Positions 48,948 through 60,301 of a DNA stretch of 64,000 bases are shown piece by piece. The position numbers and the translations under genes are program-made. Position 1 is the first letter of the stretch, and every line of letters starts with the position of its first letter. Source of the DNA: Cyanophora paradoxa CCMP329 (Eukaryota; Plantae; Glaucophyta); assembly GCA_004431415.1 (NCBI GenBank), contig QPMI01000057.1, positions 87,869 through 151,868 on the forward strand. Direction: 5' to 3'. The notes under the pieces are model-generated. The model searched no databases and was not told where the DNA came from. It worked only from the letters and a program-made list of their open reading frames with translations.

Positions 48948-50066
48948 ACTAGCCCTTGCATGTTAGGGCTTCAGTTTTGTTCTCTGATAACTGTATAATT
49001 GATTTGTTGTACACTCGGGATCGAGCCGTCTTTCGTGGATTGAGAGTCGAGGGGCCGTGCCGGCGACGGCCTAGGGCCGCCCCTACCCATCATATTGCGC
49101 TTAGGTTACGGAAGTCGATGACGCCAACTAGCCGCTATCGTATACTCCGGGCGCCAGCTCTGAGGGTCTTCGATGCGTTCGACGTAGACACGTGCACGCT
49201 CCACCCCCGCACAGCCTAGGCCGAGAGCGCTGAGAATCGCAGCGCACATTTCAGTCGGTGACCTGCGGCCACGGTGACCGTCCGACTCGGCGACGGTCGG
49301 ACGGGTCACCGGGTGCGGCCGGGATCCCAGGCCCTGAGGCCCGTCGGAAGCCTGCGGGAGGGCAGCACGTGCACTTAAAGGAAGGTCAGTCCGATCTGCG
49401 TATAGTAGTACGCTCGTACGCTCACTGGTGCTCAACGTTTTCTAGAGGCCCCCCCCCCCTCTGCGCAGGCACTCCTTTATGTGGGAGGCTCGTCGATCGA
49501 GTGCGCCCCGTTTGCTTTGATTTGGATATCATAGTATCGCGATCGAGCTGAAGACCTTTCGATCTCGATCTGACCGCTTCTCGCCCCCCCGGGCCCAGCG
49601 CAGGCTAACTCCATGTCGTGCGCATGCCTGGGATATTATGACCGGCAAAAGCGATCCGATGATCGTGAAGGACCAGTTACTTATACACTTACTTCAAGGC
49701 TTATACATGTACAGGGGATGTCCGACGGTCGCCCCATTCGGAATGAACCTATCACTTTCGCAATTCACTGAGTCAACACTTCCGTTAACGTTAAGCAAGT
49801 ATATTTCATGATCAATGATTAGCTATAGCTATAGCTATAGAGCCCCTATATAGGTGGGCTCTTGCCAAGGGTCGAGCTCTCGAGCTTGCCCCTTCGCTGT
49901 CAATGCATTGTTAACCCTCGGAGGTTGATGAGTCACGCGTTGCGGAGGTTGCATTGTTATATTGCATTCGGGGAGGCAGGGGGACTAACACGTCCAATGT
50001 ACCCCCCGGGGGCCTCCCGGCCTCTAACTAGGCTCGGACTCTAACTGAATGCTGTACCCCCTGCGG

Positions 50067-51355
50067 TTACTGCCCGAGCCTAGCGAACTTGCGTAACTCG
50101 GCCTCGCCCTGTACCCAGTGACTGGTGTCGTCCATCCATTCGCGTACCTCCCTCTGACGCTTGAGTGACTCACGCTGCTCAGGTGAGGGGGAGGGGGCCG
50201 TAGAGGAGGGGCCGCGGCGGGGGTACCATGCCAAAGTTTGCCCACTCGGGGGTATACCGAATTCACCGTGATCGATTCTCTGAGGCGTGAAGTACTGGCC
50301 GTCGCTCAGCGCCAGGTGGTAGAAGGCGTTTCGCAGTCGTCTGAGGAAGCGGGGCTGCACAGTCTGCGGGTCAAGGCTCTCGAAGCGCCACGGTGCCACA
50401 AAGTCAATGATACGCTCCTGCACCCGCGCGGGCAGAGCGAGGATCTGGCTCTTGCGGTTCGCAAAGGCCATCCACAGTGCTTGTAGGTCCGCCCAATCGC
50501 CGTTCAGATCCTGCGTTCTCGCCTGCCATGATTGCGTGGATTGATCGTCATACCCATGAAACGTGCTGCGCCGATGGTGTTTTGATCTGGAAACTCTTGA
50601 TCGTCGTTAAACTTATCTCGTATCCAGCGCACGAGGTACAGCACGCGTTCCATAAAGTTCTCCCCGGGCGATCCGCTCCCCGAATCGGGGCCCATCGCCC
50701 ATCGCCGCCGGTGCAGATCGGATTGTGCGTCGTCCAAGTCCACGGTCCGCTGTAGGATCTCACCGATGATGGGCCGTTGTTGTACAGCACGTCGGACTCG
50801 CGTGTCCGCGCCATGCTCGCGGCTCGCTGAGAATATCTACCCGTACCCCCTATCACGTCCACCTCCACGTCAGGCGATTGTTCTCGAAAACGGGGTACGC
50901 CTCCTCCTCTGGGGGTATAGTGCCGACCTTTGCCTCACCCGGCAGACGGTTTCGATCGTCCTGCAGCCAGTCGCGCAGTCGCTTGCGCTCGTTGATGGGG
51001 GCCTCGAGTCAAAGGGGATACGTAGGCGGGGGGGGGGGTGGGCGGGCGGAAGCTCTTGCCAGCTCCGGGGTACGAGCTCGCGTGGAATCTCGAGCTCTGT
51101 GTACCGTGAGCCGTCGTACTGTCGGACACCGCCTTCGCCTGTACGCATGTACCACTGTATCTCATTTCGAAGCCCATTGATCACATCGCCTTCGCGCCCG
51201 TCTCTACCTGCGAGTAAGAAGTTCATGATCTTCAATCTGGCCTCGTTCGGCAGACGGGCCACGCGGCTTCTAGGCGACATCAGCGCCACGTACAGGGACG
51301 TAAGCACACTGCTGAAGTCCCAGTTCCGATCATAGGATGGGGGGGCGAGCCTCAC
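50067..51355 (-). pseudogene. Frameshifted orphan gene(s) carrying two F-box-like motifs
   Basis: LYVALMSPRSRVARLPNEARLKIMNFL and ALWMAFANRKSQILALPARVQERIIDFV (LP-x6-I-x2-F pattern) in successive ORFs on the same strand. Confidence 0.4.
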
Positions 51356-51602
51356 GGTATCCGCAGCCCCTGGGCTGCAACAGGGGCTAGCCCCTCAGCG
51401 GAAAGGACGACGTTCCTATCCGATTTCGCATCCCCTCCTTGAACTTATCTCGTATCCAATGGGCCAGGCCCCTAACGCGAGTCAGGAACTCTTCGGGCTC
51501 GAATCTTCGTCCATCTGCGGGACCGGGCTCGAATCTTCGTCATCCGACATTTGCAATTGCACACAACGAGAAATTCTAAACGCTACTGCGAGGCTACGAG
51601 CT

Positions 51603-52237
51603 ATGGACCTACAACAGGGGAGCGCGGCGTGGCACGCTGCGCGCCGCGAAAAGCTAACCGCCTCGAACTTTGCCGCCGCGTGCGGCATCAACCCGTGGAA
51701 ATCCAGGGCCCGCCTCTGGCGGAGCTGAGCGGGATCGCGGAGGAAAACAACTTTGACAACCCTGCCCTAACCTACGGGCACGACTACGAGCCCCTCGCGG
51801 TCTCTATCTACAAGGCACTGAACGATAACGTGGACATTCAACACACTGGACTGCACGAACACAAAGAAATGCCGTTCCTCGCCGGGAGCCCCGACGGACT
51901 GATAGGAAATGATAGGATTTTAGAGGTGAAATGCCCTTACAAGGGCGAACTTTACGATAGCGTTCCTACCTATTACATGACTCAACTTCAGGGCCTGCTG
52001 GACATAACGGGCCGCGACTGGGCCGAACTTTTCTGTTTCACGCCTCTGCGCGTGCAAACGTGGTACGTCAGACGGGACGAGAGGTACATCGAGCTCATGC
52101 GGCGGTGCTTACATCTATTTTGGATGCACGTGAAGGCTGGAACTCCGCCCGAGCCCTACAGCGATCGAATGAAGTCAGAGAACCTCAGCGAGGAGCAGGC
52201 GGCGCTGCGCGAGTTTAAGTCGTACGCCCTCCTCTAG
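51603..52237 (+). pseudogene. YqaJ / lambda-type viral exonuclease-recombinase (PD-(D/E)XK), one frameshift near 51720
   Basis: MDLQQGSAAWHAARREKLTASNFAAACGINPWKS / ...NPALTYGHDYEPLA...TGLHEHKEMPFLAGSPDGLIGNDRILEVKCPY...VPTYYMTQLQGLLDITGRDWAELF. Confidence 0.92.
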
Positions 52238-52572
52238 TGTCCCGACCCTCTCAGATATTAATTTAAAGATCTGGAGGGTCGGGACACGTCTCTTGGTCAG
52301 ACTACTTATGTACGCCCTCCTCTAGTGTCTCGACCCTCTCAGATATTAATTTAAAGATCTGGGAGGGTCGGACACGTCTCTTGGTCAGACTACTTATGTA
52401 CGCCCTCCTCTAGTGTCTCGACCCTCTCAGATATTAATTTAAAGATCTGGGAGGGTCGGGACACGTCTCTTGGTCAGACTACTTATGTACGCCCTCCCTC
52501 CTCTAGTGTCCGGACCTTTCCAATAATCTATAAAGAAAGTAGGGAGGTCCGGACACGTCTCTTGGTCGGACT
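52222..52572. repeat. Tandem array of four 88-89 bp units, each holding a ~50-bp hairpin with an AT-rich loop
   Basis: Units start at 52222, 52310, 52398 and 52487; stem gtgtcccgaccctc...gagggtcgggacac around cagatattaatttaaagatctg. Confidence 0.95.
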
Positions 52573-52848
52573 CACCGTAGCTTGGTGTAGCTCAGGCCCA
52601 GGCGGGAAGGCGAGTCTGCAATGAATCAGACCCCACAGGATTTGGTTGAGCTGCTCTTTGCAGGGGGCAGGAAGGCGGCCGCAGAGGGCTAGGGAGACTA
52701 GATCTAATTAGTAATCCCACACCGCGCATGTGCAAGCGACAGAGAACGAAGTGAGTAAATGCAGATCGATGATACGGCAATCATGAGTTGTTCAGAAAAG
52801 GTCGGGACACATAGAGAGTGCATGCCTCACTCTCGTCCGCCCTCGCAA

Positions 52849-52898
52849 TGTCCCGACCCTCCCAGATCTTTAAATTAATATCTCAAAAGGTCGAGACA
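52849..52898 (-). repeat. Single inverted copy of the 50-bp hairpin, downstream of the helicase gene
   Basis: tgtcccgaccctcccagatctttaaattaatatctcaaaaggtcgagaca; its reverse complement matches 56189-56238 at 49/50 positions. Confidence 0.93.
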
Positions 52899-52999
52899 TT
52901 CATTGATCATATGCATGACGTCACTTGAATTCGCACGTTCGTATTTACACACTGGCACGCGCATCCCGTTCGCGAAGTCCACACTGTGACATCCGACAA

Positions 53000-55900
53000 T
53001 CACACGCGCCTGTGAATGAGAGCATAGCAGTCGGAGAAAACGTTGTAAACCTCTGGGAAGCTTGGCGCCATGCCTGCCCTTGCCTGCTTAGCCTGGCGCT
53101 CTACTGCGTCGTCGAGCATGTCTTCCTCCCACGTGATGTAGCGTCGCTTTCGGCTGCCATTTGCCCTCCGTCCGCGTCGGAGAAAGCGCGTCTCACTCCG
53201 AGGTACTTCTCCAGCAGGTACTTGATGACTTGCCAAGACTGCTGCGAGAGCCGCTTCTTCTCACCGTCCGCTGCATCGAAGCGGGGCGCGCGCTCGTCCA
53301 GACTCTGCAGAGCCGCGTACGCCTCCCGACCCTCCGGCGACGCCAGGGCCGCGTAGGCTTCGTCCGACCACAGAGCACGCCCCGCGAGCTTTCCATACCC
53401 CGCCAGCCGAAGAGTTTCTTGAACAGCGCGACGACCTTCGATACCTTGAGGCGCTCAGCAGTAGGCACGATCTCGGCAACGTCCGCGCCATGCTTCAGCA
53501 CCAGCGTGACCACGGCAGTGAGCGGGATGGAGTAGAACGAATCCCACATCCAGGCGACGTCTCCTTCGGTCAGCTCGCTCGGATCCTTGGCCAGGAACGC
53601 GGCGATCGACGTGCGAGCAAGCGAAGCAACCTTCTCGATGTCCAGCTTAGCGAGAGACTCGCGGGACTGCCTCCAGGCCAGCACCGTGCTCCACAGATCG
53701 ACGGGCTCCAGCGCGCCCGCCTCCAGCACGCTCCTGATCTCGCGCAGCCGCTGCTCCTTCTCCTGCTTCGGTCCGCTCGGGTTTTGATCCTCCGTGACTT
53801 GCACGTTCATCAGCGCGCAGGTCGACATCAGCCGCAGGCGCGCTGCCACTGCGAGGCGCCGAGTGGGCATGCCGGCGCGGCGGCTCCCGCGGTGGCTAGC
53901 CTTCAGGTCCAGGTAGCGCTGCATGTCGTCCGAGCTCTCGTCGTCGTCGCTCTCACGCCAGTGCGCAGCCGCCGCGCCGACCGCAACCGAGGGCGTCCGG
54001 TTCTTGCGCACGGCGACGAGCAGGTGCTCTCCGTCGGGCGTGCTGCGTTTGCGCAGCCTTCTGACTCGAAACAGCAGCTGCACGATGTCGTCCGCCTCCA
54101 GCTGCGCGGGCTCTGCCTGGAACACGCCGTAGACCTTGTCAAAGTGCGCGTCCGAAAAGTCCACGCCTGCCCGAGCGCGGAAGTTGCGATGAGCACGTCG
54201 CAGGCCTTGTACGCGCCCTCCTCAGACACATCGATCGACACGATGCGCACTGGGCGTCGTTCGTGAAGCGCACGCTCTTCTCCTTGGCCTGCCAACGATG
54301 AGCCCGATCGTGAACGGTGCGCCGCTGCCGTCCTCGGGCCCTGCCTCGAGCTGAGTCACGTACTGAGCGCCGCCCAGGCTGAGCTGCTCCAGCGCCTGCT
54401 TCGCAATCTTCTCCTGCATCTCGATCGCCTTGGCCGGCGTCTCTGCAATGATCATCGCCCGGCAGCGCCCCGGTCTGCACAGCGCCATGATGTCCGCCTC
54501 GACGTGCGCCGGGCTGTCTGACACGCGCATCTTCCAGTCGCAGGTGCGATGCGAGTTGTACAGGAGCCCCAGGCGCGCCCGACCTCCTGCGCCGACTCTG
54601 CCAGGTACGCGAGATCGACCGACCGAACGAAGCCGTCATCGCCACGATGCGCGATGCCTTCATCACGCCGCGCCATAGGCCCACGCAGCGCGCGTTTCGA
54701 GGCACTGACCGCATACCTAGGTGCAGGCCGGTGGGCTCGAGGGTGCCGCTCGAGGTGAGGTGCTTCGTGAGGAGGAGAGCTCGTCCAGCACGACCAGTAG
54801 CGGCGCCGTCGACCAGCCCTCCCAGTCCTCGAGCACCTTGTGCAGCGAGTCCCATGTGATGACGACGCACCTGCACTCCTCATGGCGGAAGCCCACTTGC
54901 CATGCGATCCCTTTGAGCTCTCCGGTGGCTTCTTGATGTCCATGTAAAGCACGGCGTCCTTTGACAACTCCGCAGCATCAATGCGACGCTTGAGGTCGCG
55001 GGAGAAGGCCGGCGGCAAGTCACGAGGATCACTCGCCAGCCGCCTGCAAGGGCCGGGTCCAGGTACGCATCGATCAGCGCCTGCGTCTTCCCGTGTTGAG
55101 TCCCGAGCAGATGACGTCGACCTGCGGCTGAGCGGATCTCGGGTTCTGCTCCAGCGCCCGAATGCGGAGGTAAGGATCTTGCACGAGAGGTGGCGTTCAT
55201 CCACTGCATTGACGCAAGCTCCAGGCCCGTCGACTCGAGCGCGATCAGGAGGGAGGGGAGGGCAATGTCGAAGGCGACAGGCTGCGAGGGATCGGTCACA
55301 TAGCGGGTCTGTGCCACGCTGCCCGACTCCCTCCGGTCCCCCCCCTCGAGCTCGACTTCAATACCGTGCGCCTGGATGGAGATTCGAGCCGCCGGCGCCC
55401 CCGGCTGACTCCGCCCAGGACGAGGGTGATGGACCCGTCGGGCTCGACTCCAAGGTGCTGAACGCGGCGGGCGTCGTGCAGGCCAAGGTCCGCGCGCAGC
55501 TCTGCCCCCGCCTTCCAGATCTCGTCCCTCACCGCCTTGTTCTTGCGTAGGCGGTCCAGGAGCCGCTCCAAGGCCGGCAGGCTTGGGCTCGAATCCAGGA
55601 GAGCGCCCGGCTCCGGGATGGGCTTAGCGCGGGGCGCCGAGCTTCTGGATGGAGTGGGGAGGAGCTCCGCTCGCGGCCCGGGCGCCGGCCCCCGCAGAAC
55701 GTAGCCCCCGTGCCATCCACACCGAGCTCCAGGCCGCTCGAGCTCCAAAGAACCATGCATGAGATCGCAAGCCTCCGGGCTCTGTAGGACGTAGGCAGCC
55801 TTGAATCCATTATCCAAGGGGCGAGAGAAAGTGAAGCCTCCGAACTTGGTTGCAAAGGCGCAGGCTGCCCGGTGCTCGTCTCATCCTCGGCACCGAGAAG

Positions 55901-56098
55901 TGGCTGGGGGTGATGCAGGGCGGGTGGAAGACGCAGAAAGCCGTCCCCAGGGTCGGGCTGCAGGCCTTCTGGACTTCGACGAGAGGGAATCGAACGAAAA
56001 AGCTGCACTCCTGCTCGCTCAGATCTATCTGCTGTACCCGGCCCGGGCATACGGGCCAGGAAGGCGTCGACGTCGAGAGACACGCGTCCGGTTGCCAT
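53000..56098 (-). pseudogene. Origin-binding-protein-like (herpesvirus UL9 / NCLDV OBP family) superfamily-2 helicase, multiply frameshifted
   Basis: Joined frames give GTQHGKTQAL (motif I), RVILVTCRR-AFSRDLKRR (Ia), VVITWDSLHKVL...LLVVLDE (II), CDVLIATSAL / VDFSDAHFDKVYGVF (V) and DDIVQLLFRVRRL (VI), the motif set typical of OBP helicases. Confidence 0.75.
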
Positions 56099-56188
56099 GG
56101 TCGTCTCTCTATAGCTAGGCTTGGAAAATTCTAGATCTACTAGGCTAGTCAACGTCTGTTGGCTAGCTATAGTCGACGTCTGGACTGC

Positions 56189-56324
56189 TGTCTCGACCTT
56201 CTGAGATATTAATTTAAAGATCTGGGAGGGTCGGGACAGGCTCTGGTCCGTCTGGATCCGGACTGCTCAGCGGCTGTCTCGACCTTCTGAGATATTAATT
56301 TAAAGATCTGGGAGGGTCGGGACA
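56189..56324 (+). repeat. Two tandem copies (86-bp period) of the 50-bp hairpin upstream of the helicase gene
   Basis: tgtctcgaccttctgagatattaatttaaagatctgggagggtcgggaca at 56189-56238 and 56275-56324. Confidence 0.95.
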
Positions 56325-57467
56325 GGCTTTGGTCGACCTTAAGCGCTCAACTAGACCCGGTTGACACCGTCTTGATCTCTCCTTCTTGGCGCAGCGGACG
56401 ATGTGACGCGCAGACCGTCGGCCCGGCGGACGGGGAGGCGCGCGCGTAGAACTTCGGAAGCGCTAGCCCCTTGCTTGACCGAAGCTTAGAAAGTTTTGAG
56501 CGCACGTGAATGCGACACGTGTAGAGAGAAGGCAGAGCGCGCCGGAGCTAGCTTGCGCGGCCGAGCGCTCGACCGCCTTGCTCCTAAGCTCAGAAAGTTT
56601 TGGGCTCACGCGGTTGCTCCACGTGTTTCGACTCAAAACACAGTACCCCAACCCGAAAAAAAGCGCCCGGGCAGCGCATCTCGCAGCGCCCGGGCCCAGC
56701 GCTCCTTGCAGCACTTGCCAGAGGCACTAGCTTGCATTCCGCTCAGCCCGGAGAGCCGCCGCCTCGCTCCTTTCGATTCGGAGGTGCGCCTCACTTCGCA
56801 ACCTCTTTCTCCGCACCACGGCTAGCTCCGGACCTCAGATTTTGGGCGCTGGAAAGCTCTCTCGACGCCGCACTCACGCCGCCACGCGCAGGGTCGCTCG
56901 CGCCGGCCGCGGACCTTCGAAAGCTCGATGGCGCCCGAGCCGGAGCACTCCGCCGCATCCCGCAGGTGCCAGCTCGCTCTCTTGCCGCTCTATCCCTTGC
57001 ATTTAGCACCTAGAACATGCCCCGCAACCTCGCGCTCGATTCGCCCGCGTCCGCTGACATTTGGTCTCTGAGCAGGTGCCGAGATTGGCCGCCGCGCCTT
57101 CCGCAACTCGAGCCGACGTTCGCGGCGACTTGCGCACGCTTCTAGATCTCGTTCTCAAGCCCGCGCATCGATTCGGCGGCTCCGGCTCGCCTCCCCGCGC
57201 CTCCAGCCCCGCGCCCCACACCCGTTCTTGTCCTAGCTAAGCCCTCCCTTGTCCGCAGCCAGTCGCGGGCTACGCGCATCGCGGATAGCATCAGTGGAGC
57301 TACGTTTCAGCGCTGGACGCAGGCCCGCCCGCCCAATCCCTCCCACCTCCCGCTCGCAGCACGCTCACTGGGCCGCAGGCAGCTTCGCGGGGAGCCGCTG
57401 GATTCGAAGCCGCGCACCTTCCCCGCCCGTCCCGACGTCGTACGCGCTAACGTCGCCCGCGCCGCAG

Positions 57468-58686
57468 GTGGCCGCCAGGCCTCCTGCATCCAGTCCTTCG
57501 AGCCGGTGTGGCTGCGGGCGAAGCGCCTCGCCTTCTGGCAGGAGACGGCCTCCTGCACCCTCACCCGCTTCGTCATCACCCACTGCGTCGTCGACCCCAC
57601 CACCTACCTCGTCGGCTCGGAGACGGAGGGCGGCATGACGAGCGTGGCGGGCATCTGCGAGTACATCTCGCGCACGGAGGGCCCGGACGCCGCCGCCGCC
57701 GTCGCCGCCGACGTCGAGAACGGCGAGCTGGACGAGACCATCGCCGCCTTCGGCCCAGGTGCCGCCTCTTCTCCTACAGGGCCGGCGGCATCTGGCAGAC
57801 CTACATCCGCGGCATCGTCCCAAGGCCCCCTCTCCCTCGGCGAGAGCCAGCCGGCGCTGCAGGCCATCCAGTTCTTCGAGCCGGCGGACCCGGAGAACGG
57901 CCCCTTCCCCGTCAAGGCCTCGATCCGCGGCAGGGGCAAGCGCACCCGCAACTCGGCCCCGCCTTCGTCCCGCCCCCGCCGCCCTCCTCCTCGCACGGCC
58001 AGCAGCACGCCGGCCAGCAGCACGCCGGCCAGCAGCGCATCGACGAGATGCTGCCGCGCCAGGTCCGGCCCCGCGTACCCCCGCCTTCCCTGTACCCCCC
58101 TCCCTCGCCCCCTCCTGATCCAAGGGCAGGGTACCCGGCGAACGGCGGCGCGGGCCCGAGCGGCTACGGGAGCTCGGCCCCCTCCGACGGCGCCGGCCCC
58201 AGCCCCGTCCCCTTCTCCCTCGCCGACCGCAGCCCGTCCCGCCGCCTTCGCCGCCGCTCCCGACCGGACGCGTTCATCCCCGGCCCCGGCGCCATCCTCA
58301 GCGCGATCATGGGCTTCGGGGCCCAGCAGGGGGCCGAGCGGCGGGCGCTGGCGGCGCGCCAGGCGCGCGAGGCGGAGGCGCGGCGCCAGGGCCTCTGGGC
58401 CCAGCGCCTGCAGGAGGCCACCGCCTTCCGCGCCGAGCTGGAGGCGGGCTTCCGCGCGGAGCGGATGAGCGCGGCGGAGGCCTCGGAGCGCTGGCGGGCG
58501 TTCGAGGCGGAGTCGGCGGGGCTGGCGAAGGGCCTCGGCTACAGCTACCGGCGCGTGCCCGTGCTCAAGGACTACGCGTCGGCCGCGGCGCGGGAGGCCT
58601 CGCGGGCGGAGATCGACGCGGCGGAGGAGCAGGCGGCGCGCGAGGAGGCCGAGGACAACGCGCGCTTCCGGCACCTGCACCACTGA
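57468..58686 (+). CDS. Orphan protein, frameshifted; possibly preceded by an intron
   Basis: Strong C/G third-position bias; ...FEPVWLRAKRLAFWQETASCTLTRFVITHCVVDP... continues after frame changes into ...AERRALAARQAREAEARRQGLWAQRLQEA...DNARFRHLHH*. Confidence 0.45.
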
Positions 58687-58735
58687 GGCCCCGAGGCGGT
58701 ATTTTTTCTCAACCCTCCCTCAATTCGGTCCCGCG

Positions 58736-58987
58736 ATGGCCTTCGAAGCTTATCCTGCCCACTACTCGCTAGGAGCGCTGGCCGCGACCCTCACCTGGCT
58801 CCTCGGCGGCACCCCCACGGCCTCGGCGGTCATAGGCGTGGGCTTCGGCTACGCCGCCAAGTCCCTCTACGCCCCCGGCGGCGCCTCGCAGGCGGCGGCC
58901 GGCATGCGCCCGCCGGGCGCTAACTTTTCAAAGTTCATTCTCCCTCCCCCTTTTCCGAGTTCCGAGTCCGTTGGCGTTCCCTTTTAA
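58736..58987 (+). CDS. Small hydrophobic (1-2 TM) orphan protein
   Basis: MAFEAYPAHYSLGALAATLTWLLGGTPTASAVIGVGFGYAAKSLY; upstream ATTTTTTCT motif. Confidence 0.55.
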   Translation: MAFEAYPAHYSLGALAATLTWLLGGTPTASAVIGVGFGYAAKSLYAPGGASQAAAGMRPPGANFSKFILPPPFPSSESVGVPF

Positions 58988-59017
58988 ATTTTCTTCATTC
59001 TCGTTACACGTTCGAAG

Positions 59018-59493
59018 ATGTCGAGCGCGGTAGAGAAGCTGCTGTGCACCGTGTTCAAATCGGATTCGCGATGCAGCAAGATCGGCGAGGCGGCGAGGGC
59101 TAAGGGCGGGGCGGCGGCGGAGGGGCCCAGGGTGAAGGCGGCGGATCCCGCGCCGCCGTCGCTGAAAACGATCAAGGGGGCGGGCAAGGGCAGGAGCGTG
59201 GGGCGCTGCCCTCGTGGCGATCGCGCGGGGCAGAGGGAGGCGGCGCACGCGGCGACGGCGGCGCTGGCCGCGCGGCGGCAGGCGGAGGCCTACCCGTGCC
59301 TGGGCCGGGGGCTGCACCCGCCGGCCGGCCGCCCTACGCCGTGAGCGCCTACTTCGACGAGGCCAACCGGCTGAGCTGCCAGGAGCTGTGCGACAACCGC
59401 ATGCGGCGCGCCGTGGACGGGCACCTGCCGCTGCTGGTGGCGCTGGGCGGCTCGCTCCTGATGGTCTGGTACCTGCGCGGCCTGGTCATTTAG
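59018..59493 (+). CDS. Cys-containing orphan with a C-terminal TM helix, frameshifted
   Basis: MSSAVEKLLCTVFKSDSRCSK... / PYAVSAYFDEANRLSCQELCDNRMRRAVDGHLPLLVALGGSLLMVWYLRGLVI*. Confidence 0.5.
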
Positions 59494-59519
59494 ATAGTTT
59501 TTCGAAGTCTAGGTCAAAG

Positions 59520-59917
59520 ATGGGCTGGGTGGACGCCGTGCTGACCAAGGTCTTCGGACCGAAGAGCGCGCAGCCGCCGCCGAGCTTCAACCTGGCCGCG
59601 GCGATCAGCACGACGATCGAGCGCAAGAACAACGAGCTCATCCTAAAGAACGACGGCAAGCTTCCCTGGGCCGACGTGGCGCGGGCGCACTCGGCAGCAC
59701 GCTGACGGGAATCGATCGGACGGGCGCCGCGGGCGTGAAGGTCGGCAGGCGGTTGCGGCGTGCCGGAGCTTGCGATGAAGGGCTGGCACTACGCAAGATC
59801 GCCGCCGGCGTCGCCGCCGTGCTCCTTGCGATCTGGCTCGCGTGGCAGCTGCGCGGCGCCTACCAGGGCGCGCGCCTGCAGAGCGCCCAGCTCGACTATT
59901 TTCTAAAGGCTAGGTAA
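59520..59917 (+). CDS. Orphan starting MG (possible myristoylation) with a C-terminal TM helix, probably frameshifted
   Basis: MGWVDAVLTKVFGPK...NELILKNDGKLPWADVARAH / ...ALRKIAAGVAAVLLAIWLAWQLRGAYQGARLQSAQLDYFLKAR*. Confidence 0.45.
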
Positions 59918-59929
59918 AGCGAGCGAACC

Positions 59930-60301
59930 ATGCGCGGCGGCTCTTCCCCCCGTGTTTCCTTCGCTGAGAACCCGGTGGCGAACGCAGTCGCCCCTACCCC
60001 CCTGGAGCCCGGAGTGAACTGGAGCGTGCGAACGCAGTCTCCGTCAAGAAGGCAAGCGCACGCTGGCGCTGGAAGTCCCGGTCGCGGAGGATACGGAGAA
60101 GGTTGCATTCAACAAGCGCAAGACGTACAAGGCGATACGCGAGGACAGCTGCTGCCCACGGACTCGGTTCCCGGGCTGCCGGGCACCACGGCCGGCGAGC
60201 TCCTAGTGCGCAACCTGCGCCTGCAGTACGTCTCCCGCCTCCGCCGCTCCAAGGCCAAGAAGGCGCGCCTGGACTCGGGCGATAGCAGCTCTAGCTCGTA
60301 G
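59930..60301 (+). CDS. Basic orphan protein with an N-terminal RVSF motif
   Basis: MRGGSSPRVSFAENPV...LVRNLRLQYVSRLRRSKAKKARLDS; upstream TATTTTCTA motif. Confidence 0.45.
   Translation: MRGGSSPRVSFAENPVANAVAPTPLEPGVNWSVRTQSPSRRQAHAGAGSPGRGGYGEGCIQQAQDVQGDTRGQLLPTDSVPGLPGTTAGELLVRNLRLQYVSRLRRSKAKKARLDSGDSSSSS

Noticed and set aside
52250-52275. CRESS/geminivirus rolling-circle nonanucleotide origin
   Set aside because: The loop lacks a NANTATTAC match and no HUH Rep was recognised in the window
52222-52572. CRISPR-like array next to a PD-(D/E)XK (Cas4-like fold) nuclease
   Set aside because: Sequences between the palindromes are identical, so there are no unique spacers; the nuclease is YqaJ-type and no cas genes are present
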